Positions 56,610 to 64,000 of a stretch of DNA of 64,000 nucleotides are shown here, piece after piece. Each line of letters starts with the position of its first letter. Position 1 is the stretch's first letter. The stretch spans positions 608,001 to 672,000 of the forward strand of contig JASGHG010000001.1 in the NCBI GenBank assembly GCA_047602425.1. The letters run 5' to 3'. The position numbers and the translations under genes are program-made. Below the pieces are notes generated by a model. The model had not been told where the DNA came from. It did not search any database and saw only the letters and a list, made by a program, of their open reading frames with translations. The stretch is from Nibricoccus sp. (GTDB lineage: Bacteria; Verrucomicrobiota; Verrucomicrobiia; Opitutales; Opitutaceae).

Positions 56610-58049
56610 ATGAAAAAGACTATCCCTGTCTTCGGCCGTGCCGTGTGCATGACCTTGACGTTGCTCGCAGCGACCCAACTCCTGCCGGCAGCCACGATCA
56701 ACAGTTCGACCCCCTACCTCAACGGCGCAAATATCCCTTGGAATAGTTTCGGTATGGATTTCGGAACCCATCCTACGTGGGGCGCCGGTTACAATGCCAC
56801 GTGGTGGGACAATACGTTCGCCGCGATGGCCGCCCAAAAAATGAACGGCGCTCGTATCTGGCTGCATTGCGATGGTCGCGCGAGCCCTGAATTCAACGCC
56901 AGCGGCGATGTCACTGGCATTGATTCCAATCTCGTCCCAAATCTTCAAGATATGTTGGACAAGGCCAACGCCCGCGGGATCAAAGTGCAGCTTTGCCTCT
57001 GGTCGTTCGATATGTGCAAGGATTTCACCGGCAGCGCTGGCCCCTATGCGGGCTTGCATGCCAGTTTGATCACCAACACGACGTACCGAACCAATTACAT
57101 CACCAACGCGCTCAATCCGATTCTCGACGGCATCGTCAATAAGCCCGCCCTCGCCGTCATCGAGGTCATCAACGAACCCGAGTGGGCTATCAGCGACGTG
57201 CCCGCGACCACCACCCAATCGGTCACGCGCGATCAAATGCGGGCGTTCGTATTGGCCATTCGCAACGCCGTGAAGGCCAAATCCTCCAGAATAAACGTAA
57301 CGGTTGGTTCGGCTTCGGTGAAATGGAGCACGGCCAACGGCAAGGACGGTGCTGTCGCCGATTATTGGACCGGCCTCGGTCTCGATCACCGCGACGTGCA
57401 TTACTACGATTGGATGACTGGCAGCGGTTACACTTACGATCCGTTCGCCACCGGCCATACACCGTCGTACTACGGTTGGAGCACGCCCGCCGTCATCGGC
57501 GAGTTTGGCGGCAACGGCAACGTTCCTTACAGCACCGTCCTCGATATGATGAACCGTGCCTACAACAACGGTTACGCCGGACACATGCCATGGTCGTATG
57601 TCGGACCCGATTCCGAGGGTTCGTTCAACGATTTCAAAGCCGCCGCGCTCTCCTTCGCCAATGCGCATAGTGGAAGCAGCAGCAGTTCTTCCTCGTCGAG
57701 TTCCTCAAGTTCTTCGAGCAGTTCATCATCCTCCAGTTCAAGTTCATCTTCAAGCAGCAGCAGTTCGAGTTCCTCGTCGTCCTCCAGTGGTTCGTCGTCG
57801 AGCAGCGGATCATCGAGTGGCACCACCGTGACCGTGCCGTTCGTGAAGGATGGCGCCGGTGATTTCACCTACGTGACGTCAGGACCGATCAACTATATCA
57901 ACTCTTGGAATCTGCAATTGCTCACGGTCAATGGAGTAAACCTCACCAACGTGTGGAAATCGGGCAGCCAATTGCCGGCTCCCGTCAATGGAAAGTACAC
58001 CTTCCATTACGTTGGCAACTATGCTTGGTCCCACCTGGAGATCAAATAA
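56610..58049 (+). CDS. Secreted GH5-like glycanase with poly-Ser linker and C-terminal CBM64-like module
   Basis: Signal peptide, GANIPW, INEPEW, HYYDW and IGEF; about 50-residue Ser/Gly linker; YINSWNL..NGV..AWSHLEIK. Confidence 0.85.
   Translation: MKKTIPVFGRAVCMTLTLLAATQLLPAATINSSTPYLNGANIPWNSFGMDFGTHPTWGAGYNATWWDNTFAAMAAQKMNGARIWLHCDGRASPEFNASGDVTGIDSNLVPNLQDMLDKANARGIKVQLCLWSFDMCKDFTGSAGPYAGLHASLITNTTYRTNYITNALNPILDGIVNKPALAVIEVINEPEWAISDVPATTTQSVTRDQMRAFVLAIRNAVKAKSSRINVTVGSASVKWSTANGKDGAVADYWTGLGLDHRDVHYYDWMTGSGYTYDPFATGHTPSYYGWSTPAVIGEFGGNGNVPYSTVLDMMNRAYNNGYAGHMPWSYVGPDSEGSFNDFKAAALSFANAHSGSSSSSSSSSSSSSSSSSSSSSSSSSSSSSSSSSSSSSSGSSSSSGSSSGTTVTVPFVKDGAGDFTYVTSGPINYINSWNLQLLTVNGVNLTNVWKSGSQLPAPVNGKYTFHYVGNYAWSHLEIK
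57669..57821 (+). repeat. Poly-serine linker coding tract
   Basis: Run of mixed AGC/AGT/TCN codons. Confidence 0.9.
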
Positions 58050-58060
58050 CCGAACTAATC

Positions 58061-58091
58061 CGCAGGGGCACAAATTTGTTGCGCCCCTGCG
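58061..58091 (+). terminator. Hairpin after the GH5 gene
   Basis: cgcaggggc...gcccctgcg stem; U-tract weak. Confidence 0.6.
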
Positions 58092-58176
58092 AATCGACAT
58101 TAACTCAACCACTGATGCTCGCTGACCGACCGGCTCTGATGCCTCTATTATTCATCACCCGTCGCGGTATGCATCA

Positions 58177-59346
58177 GTGGAAATGAACGATTCAAAACTT
58201 CGAATCCGCATGAGCGCCCGACGCAGACTTCTCACCATCACGTTTGTCACCGTGGCAATCGCGGCGCTCTGCGTTCGTTTGTCCAAGCGAAACTCCGTAC
58301 CATCGCCAAGCGCGGCGAAGCCGGCGATCAACGCGCCTCCGGTGACCCAGTCGCTGTCGCAACAAATGACTGAGCGCCTGCTTGCGCTGCTCCGCGCCGA
58401 AACTGATCCGGCAAAACGCGAAGCCGCCGCGCAGCAAGCCGCACAACATCTCCCGCGCGCGCTGCTTGAGGCCGTACTCGCCGATTTGCAGCGGGAAACG
58501 GACCGCGCCCTCGCCATGGAAGCGGCTCGGGCGATTTTGTTGCGTTGGGCCTGGGAGGAGCCGACGGGCGCCGCCGCCTGGACGATGCAATTCGCGAGCG
58601 CGGAAATTCGCCGCGACGCCCTCGCTGCGGTCGGCGCCGGCTGGGCCCGGCAAAATCCAGAAGCGTTGCTGACCTGGGCTTCCACGCTTCCACCGGTCGA
58701 TCGCGATTGGGTTTTGCTCCACGGCGCCAGTTATCTCGCGCGCACCGATCTCGGCCTGTTTGCCGTGTGGTCAAAGGCGCTGCCGCGCACACGTGAACTT
58801 GAGCAATTGACCGCGCAAACAGCCCGCGAGTGGGCTTCCCGCGATCCGCGTGCGGTCGCCAACGCGCTCGGCGATTTCTCCGGCCCCGAACATAGCGCTT
58901 GGAGAAAAGCCATGGCCTCCGGTTTGGCCAGCCAGCTGGTCCAGGCGAACAACGCGGAAACCGCGCTGGCGATCCTCGATGCCGTGCCGCCGGGTCTGGA
59001 GAAACAACAGGTGTTGAAAGGAGTCGTCATCGGTTGGACGCAGCGCGAGCCCGCCGTGGTTGCGAGCTGGCTGGAGAGCGTATCCGATTCGGCCCTACGG
59101 ACCGAAATCGCTCCGCTTCTCGCCGGCGCCTGGTTTGAGCAAAACACCGCTGCCGCGGAAAAGTGGGCCGTCGCCCTGCCGCCCGGACCGGTGTCCGATG
59201 CCGTTGCAGAACGCGCCGCGCAATATTTTGCCCCCCGCGACCGCGCTGCCGCGCAGCGGTGGGCCAGCCGCATTGGTTCGACCGCGACCCGCACCTCGGT
59301 GCAAGCCTACGTGCAAGCGGCACAACCGCTCGTAGCGGCGCCGTGA
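58177..59346 (+). CDS. Hypothetical membrane-anchored alpha-helical repeat protein
   Basis: N-terminal TM; repeated W-A-x-x-[DEN]P-x-AA-x-x-W units. Confidence 0.75.
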   Translation: MEMNDSKLRIRMSARRRLLTITFVTVAIAALCVRLSKRNSVPSPSAAKPAINAPPVTQSLSQQMTERLLALLRAETDPAKREAAAQQAAQHLPRALLEAVLADLQRETDRALAMEAARAILLRWAWEEPTGAAAWTMQFASAEIRRDALAAVGAGWARQNPEALLTWASTLPPVDRDWVLLHGASYLARTDLGLFAVWSKALPRTRELEQLTAQTAREWASRDPRAVANALGDFSGPEHSAWRKAMASGLASQLVQANNAETALAILDAVPPGLEKQQVLKGVVIGWTQREPAVVASWLESVSDSALRTEIAPLLAGAWFEQNTAAAEKWAVALPPGPVSDAVAERAAQYFAPRDRAAAQRWASRIGSTATRTSVQAYVQAAQPLVAAP

Positions 59347-59421
59347 AAAAACGTCCGCGCGTGTGCTGAATATTGAGCCGCGTGATTGACAAAAAAGCCG
59401 GGTAACCGCCTCGTTGGGCGG

Positions 59422-59757
59422 ATGTCAGGCTCGCAGTTAATCGCTCTGTTCACGTTATCCGTCTTTTGGCTGAGTTCCTTCAGCTACGGCGGCGCGACGG
59501 ATATTTTCGGCGAAATGCCGTCATCGGTGGTGCGGCTGGAGAAATCGAAATTTGTCCAGTTGCCGAATCTGGCGCGAACCGAGCAGGTCAAGGTTGGTGC
59601 GAAACAGGATAATTCTCCCGAGAAAACGCCGGTTCATTGGCTGCACTTCACCACGCCCGCGCTGAAGCTAACCTGGAAAATTTTTCCGGGAAATCCGCGC
59701 GAATGTGCGCATCGACTCGCGCCGTCGCTGACGGGGATCGTGGTTCTGCAGATTTGA
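59422..59757 (+). CDS. Hypothetical small protein with hydrophobic N-terminus
   Basis: 111-aa ORF filling the gap; no recognisable family. Confidence 0.4.
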   Translation: MSGSQLIALFTLSVFWLSSFSYGGATDIFGEMPSSVVRLEKSKFVQLPNLARTEQVKVGAKQDNSPEKTPVHWLHFTTPALKLTWKIFPGNPRECAHRLAPSLTGIVVLQI

Positions 59758-59903
59758 GTTGGTACCTTTTGCAGGTACGCACCGCGCCCGCCGAAACATC
59801 TCGTTGTCGCAAACGCGACCTGGGCTGAAGCGGGCAAAATCGTCTGTGCGCGCACGCCTCTCTCGTGCCGCAAAAATTTACATCAACTCAAATTTTTTCT
59901 CCC

Positions 59904-60110
59904 ATGGATTCTTCTACAAAACCAAATGACAAAGCCAAACCGGCGCAATCCGATGCGCATCCCGACGCCCTTTCGGGCTGGGGCGCACTCGTCGGAACCG
60001 CTGCTGGCGCGCTCATCGGCGTTTTCTTCCACAAGGCTGTTGCCCTGGCCATCGGCCTCGGAGTAACGGGCTGGATTGTGGGCGCCCTCATTGACCGTTC
60101 GCGCCGATAG
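59904..60110 (+). CDS. Small glycine-zipper-like membrane protein
   Basis: GWGALVGTAAGALIG...IGLGVTGWIVGALID. Confidence 0.65.
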   Translation: MDSSTKPNDKAKPAQSDAHPDALSGWGALVGTAAGALIGVFFHKAVALAIGLGVTGWIVGALIDRSRR

Positions 60111-60126
60111 CCTTACTTCTCACTGG

Positions 60127-60159
60127 GTTGTCGTTCGCCGTCGGCCGGCGAACGACAAC
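60127..60159 (+). terminator. Perfect 14-bp hairpin
   Basis: gttgtcgttcgccg-tcggc-cggcgaacgacaac. Confidence 0.6.
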
Positions 60160-60229
60160 TCTCGCCTTTTCTCTACTCTGCTCGAAACAACCGAAATCAC
60201 CTTTTCCCTAGACCTGACGAGGACGCACC

Positions 60230-62281
60230 ATGCACACCATCACTTTTCTCCAAGACCTCGCCGTCGTCATGATCGTGGCCAGTCTCGTGATGATCGCCTT
60301 CCGACGGCTGAAACAACCGGTCGTGCTCGGCTATATCATCGCCGGCGTGATTATCGGACCGCATACACCGCCCTATCCGCTCATTCACGACGAAATGACG
60401 ATCAACACCCTCTCGGAATTGGGTGTGATCCTGCTCATGTTCTCGCTCGGCCTGGAATTCAGCCTGCGCAAACTCAAAAGCGTCGGCGCACCTGCGCTCA
60501 TCGCCGCGCTCATGGAAATCACCCTCTTGTTTTGGGTGGGTTATGAGGTTGGAAAGTTTTTCGGCTGGGGCTCGATGGACAGTATTTTCCTCGGCGCCAT
60601 GCTTTCGATGTCGTCGACGACCGTGATCATCAAGGTGCTCGGCGAACTCGGAAAGATGAAGGAACGTTTTTCCCAGCTCATTTTCGGCATTCTCATTCTC
60701 GAGGACATTCTTGGCATCGCGATGATCGCCCTGCTCTCCGGCATCGCGATGACAGGCTCGCTTAGCATGGGCGATGTGGGTCTGACGCTCGGCAAATTGA
60801 GCGTCTTCCTCGCCGTGGTGCTCGTGGTCGGCTTGATCGCCGTGCCGCGCCTGATCAGTTACGTCGCCCGTTTCAAAAGCAATGAAATGCTGATCATAAC
60901 CGTGCTCGGCCTGTGTTTCGGCGTGTCATTGCTGGCAGTGAAACTTGGTTATAGCGTTGCGCTCGGCGCCTTCATCATCGGCGCCGTGATTGCCGAAACA
61001 CGCGAAATCCACCGCATCGAAACGCTGATCGAACCCATTCGCGACATGTTCAGCGCCGTGTTTTTTGTGGCGATCGGCCTGCTCATCGATCCGAAGATGC
61101 TCGTGGTCTATTGGCAGCCAATCGTCATCATCACGCTCGCGGTTATCGTGGGAAAAGTCATGACGTGCTCGCTCGGCGCCTTTCTCGGAGGTAATAACAC
61201 GCGCGACTCGCTGCGTGTCGGCATGGGCTTGGCGCAGATCGGCGAGTTTTCCTTCATCATCGCCTCGCTCGGTGTGACGTTGAAAGTCACCAGCAGTTTT
61301 CTTTACCCCATCGCCGTCGCCGTGTCCGCGGTCACGACTTTGCTCACCCCTTACTTGATTCGCGGAGCGGATCCTGCCGCCAACCTTTTCGATCGCCGGG
61401 CGCCGCGCGCGTTCACCAATCTTCTGGAGCTCTATACGCGCTGGGTGGGCGAAATCGGCGAACGACGCGCGAATAATTTTGCGCGTAACTTGATGTGGAA
61501 ATGGTCCGCACAGATGGCGCTCAACGTCGCACTGATCGCGGCAATTTTTATTTCGGCTGCATACCTGGGCGCTCATCCCCCCGCCTGGCTTGCCCGTTTG
61601 ATCAAGTCACCGCAATGGCTCAATACCACGGTTTGGCTCGGCGCCGCCGTCTGCGCGCTGCCGCTGTTTATCGCCACGACGCGAAAGCTCCAATCACTGG
61701 GTCTGTTGCTCGCCGAAACAAAAGTTTCAGCCGACCGCGCCGGTGAACATACCGCCGCGATCCGTTCCATTATCGCCACCATTGTCCCCATCATTGGCTC
61801 GGTCGCGCTCGGAATTTTCGTTCTTCTATTGAGTTCGACGCTGCTGCCGCCGCTCAACGTATTGCCGGTGCTGCTCGTCATCGTGGGCCTTATCGCCTGG
61901 CTCATGTGGCGGTCGTTCATCAAGGTCTATTCTTCCGCACAAGCGGCATTGCGTGACACCTTCGAGCAGACCAATACGCCTCATGCCAATCCAATCGCCA
62001 CACCTATTGTCCCGCTCCTGGCCGAGGCCAATCTCGACTCTGTGGCGGTGCCGGACGATTCCGCCGCAGCGGGAAAACTCATTCACGAACTGGCGTTGCG
62101 CACCAAAACCGGCGCCAGCATCGTCTGTATCGAACGACAGAATACACGTTTGCTCAATCCAGGACCGGACGAGGAAATCATGAGCGGCGATAAAGTCCTT
62201 TTGCTCGGTAGCCACGAACAGTTGACTCAGGCCAAAAAGCTTCTGCTCTCGCAACAATCCAAGCCTGCGGTCGCGACCTAG
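60230..62281 (+). CDS. CPA2-family cation:proton antiporter with C-terminal TrkA-C (RCK_C) domain
   Basis: QPVVLGYIIAG, LMFSLGLEFS, SSTTVI, ILILEDI, AQIGEFSFIIA and LRTKTGASIV..R..NPGPD. Confidence 0.93.
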   Translation: MHTITFLQDLAVVMIVASLVMIAFRRLKQPVVLGYIIAGVIIGPHTPPYPLIHDEMTINTLSELGVILLMFSLGLEFSLRKLKSVGAPALIAALMEITLLFWVGYEVGKFFGWGSMDSIFLGAMLSMSSTTVIIKVLGELGKMKERFSQLIFGILILEDILGIAMIALLSGIAMTGSLSMGDVGLTLGKLSVFLAVVLVVGLIAVPRLISYVARFKSNEMLIITVLGLCFGVSLLAVKLGYSVALGAFIIGAVIAETREIHRIETLIEPIRDMFSAVFFVAIGLLIDPKMLVVYWQPIVIITLAVIVGKVMTCSLGAFLGGNNTRDSLRVGMGLAQIGEFSFIIASLGVTLKVTSSFLYPIAVAVSAVTTLLTPYLIRGADPAANLFDRRAPRAFTNLLELYTRWVGEIGERRANNFARNLMWKWSAQMALNVALIAAIFISAAYLGAHPPAWLARLIKSPQWLNTTVWLGAAVCALPLFIATTRKLQSLGLLLAETKVSADRAGEHTAAIRSIIATIVPIIGSVALGIFVLLLSSTLLPPLNVLPVLLVIVGLIAWLMWRSFIKVYSSAQAALRDTFEQTNTPHANPIATPIVPLLAEANLDSVAVPDDSAAAGKLIHELALRTKTGASIVCIERQNTRLLNPGPDEEIMSGDKVLLLGSHEQLTQAKKLLLSQQSKPAVAT

Positions 62282-62684
62282 CCGAGGCCCGATTGCCCAT
62301 TCCGTAGCACAAAATACTCCCGAACCTCAACAGCCGCGCAAAATCGACTGTAACCAGAATTCAACTACGCCACCAGTCCGCTCATGATGGGTTGCTTTGA
62401 ACGGAATGGGGTCAAAACCAATCCGAGCGGACTAGTGCTCTCTTCGCGTCAGCCACGCTTACAACGCTGTGTTTTGCGTCGGAATTCGTTACAACCGTTT
62501 TTACCGATCACAACTCGTTGGCCTGCTCGCGATAACCCGTCAAGAGATCGGTGGAATCACTCCGGCCCGCCGCGCACCCTTACAACTAGCCGGCCGCGCA
62601 AAATCCGATCTTCACTCGTCAGCGATTTATCCTAGCCGCTGTAATCTAATAACATGAGCATCCTCATTCCGGCTTTCGAACGAT

Positions 62685-62701
62685 TCGGCATGCGGCATGC
62701 G
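62685..62701 (+). promoter_or_regulatory. Possible sigma-54 promoter
   Basis: tcGGCAtgcggcatGCg: GG-N10-GC spacing just upstream of the VPDxG-CTERM gene. Confidence 0.4.
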
Positions 62702-62716
62702 AAGCAACTGTCACCT

Positions 62717-63388
62717 ATGAACACAATACGTTCGATCGCGGCGGCGATGGTAGTACTGACCTCGACCGCTATTTCTCAAGCAGTGACATTGGTCTACGAT
62801 ACAAATGTCGCTTTGCCTGGCACGACCGTTGCCGTTCGGCCGGAACTCGCCGGAACCATCATCGAGGACGACATTGTCAGTCCGTTCCAAATCACCATGG
62901 CGTCGGGAGGTCTTATTACGGGATCGATTCAAGAACGGGTGGTTCGTTCGACGGCCACGGGAACACTCGACTTTTATTGGAAGGTGAATGTCGACGCAAA
63001 TTCGGCGGGACCACTGAGCTATTTCCGCATCGGCAATATCCTCGGCAGTTCGTACGACGCCGATTGGCGCATCGACGGCTTGGGCGATGTCGGCCCGGAT
63101 TCGGCTCATCTCTTCGGCGGCTCGTATACCGGTTTGGGATACATCAACTTTTATTTCTCGGACGGTTTGGGCGCGGGACAGAGCTCGAATTTCATGTTCG
63201 TGCACACCGATGCGACCGAATACGATAAAAGCGGTCTGATGGACGTGGCGGATGCCGGAACCGTTCACATCTCTCAGCTTTTCAACACGTATGCACCCGT
63301 GACGCCCGTGCCCGACGCTGGCGCCACGCTGATGCTGCTTGGAGTTGGTCTGTCCAGCCTCGCCTTTCTACGTCGGCGGACGCGCTAA
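62717..63388 (+). CDS. VPDSG-CTERM (PEP-CTERM-like) exosortase target protein
   Basis: Signal peptide; C-terminal VPDAGATLMLLGVGLSSLAFLRRRTR. Confidence 0.9.
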   Translation: MNTIRSIAAAMVVLTSTAISQAVTLVYDTNVALPGTTVAVRPELAGTIIEDDIVSPFQITMASGGLITGSIQERVVRSTATGTLDFYWKVNVDANSAGPLSYFRIGNILGSSYDADWRIDGLGDVGPDSAHLFGGSYTGLGYINFYFSDGLGAGQSSNFMFVHTDATEYDKSGLMDVADAGTVHISQLFNTYAPVTPVPDAGATLMLLGVGLSSLAFLRRRTR

Positions 63389-63408
63389 CATTCTGTCTGC
63401 GACAATCG

Positions 63409-63448
63409 ATACAAAAAGGCAGGCTTTATCGAGCCTGCCTTTTTGTAT
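63409..63448. terminator. Bidirectional terminator
   Basis: atacaaaaaggcaggct-ttatcg-agcctgcctttttgtat. Confidence 0.88.
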
Positions 63449-63482
63449 TTGCAGCGTGGACGATTCGGCTAATTCGTCCCGC

Positions 63483-63516
63483 AAAAAAAAGGCCGGCGAA
63501 TGTGAGCGCCGGCCTT
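63483..63516 (-). terminator. Terminator for the minus-strand gene
   Basis: A8 then aaggccggcg...cgccggcctt. Confidence 0.8.
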
Positions 63517-63542
63517 GGGATTTAACTCTTTTAAGCGGTTCG

Positions 63543-64000
63543 TTAGAGCTCGGGATCCTTCAGCAGGCCGTCGCCTTGGAGCAACAAGTCGTCGGATTGC
63601 GTGCGTCCATTTAGGATTGAACGGCCACCGATCGTCACTCGTCCGTTGGGAGCAACCACCGAGGCATTGAGTATTACCCGGCCGTCCAAGGACAAGTCGC
63701 CTCGGGCGATCTCGATCGTGAACGATTGGTCGGGCGAACCGGAGACACCTGTGCCGTCAAAACGAACGTCGCCCGCAACGCGGAGCAGCACGGGGCCAAC
63801 AATCTGAATCGAGGCCTGCCCGCTGAGCGTGAGTTTTTGCAGGTTGTAAACCGACGGCTCGGTCGAACCGGCAACGCCGAGGATGAAGCTTCCCCTGCCG
63901 TGTGCGCTAAAATCGCCGTAAGTCCCCGGCGGAACTACGACGGGGCCATGATGATTGTGCGTCAGGTGACATAGCGTCGTGAAATCGCCGATGCTGTCCG
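63543..64000 (-). CDS. C-terminal part of a hypothetical beta-strand-rich protein; 5' end outside the window
   Basis: Frame open from 63998: DSIGDFTTL...VPPGTYGDFSAHGRGSFILGVAGSTEPSVYNLQKLTLSG...VVAPNGRVTIGG. Confidence 0.75.
   Translation of the reverse strand, partial: DSIGDFTTLCHLTHNHHGPVVVPPGTYGDFSAHGRGSFILGVAGSTEPSVYNLQKLTLSGQASIQIVGPVLLRVAGDVRFDGTGVSGSPDQSFTIEIARGDLSLDGRVILNASVVAPNGRVTIGGRSILNGRTQSDDLLLQGDGLLKDPEL

Overview
GC-rich bacterial chromosome segment, most likely Verrucomicrobiota/Opitutaceae (inferred from the VPDxG-CTERM sorting protein and gene content). Housekeeping genes: prfB with its programmed frameshift, thrC, lysC, secA, dgt, ogt, cdd, an fpg-like gene and metY. Accessory content: glycoside hydrolases, a NarL-type two-component cluster, two chemoreceptors and a DUF294 nucleotidyltransferase/exonuclease pair. 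Main candidates for undescribed biology: (1) a six-gene, about 10.4 kb operon behind a sigma-54-type promoter, encoding two circularly permuted ATP-grasp ligases, alpha-E domains (one with a Q/E-rich tail), a DUF2126 amidoligase and three transglutaminases; (2) a four-helix-bundle (Avd/IVP-like) gene between lysC and thrC, flanked by inverted heptamer arrays, with similar gene-less heptamer/nonamer arrays after several other stop codons; (3) a recurring intergenic palindrome GTCATC-N5-GATGAC; (4) a membrane-anchored pseudokinase. Frameshifts in secA and fpg are most likely sequence errors. No rRNA, tRNA, CRISPR array or transposase was recognised. All family assignments come from motif recognition by eye, not database searches.
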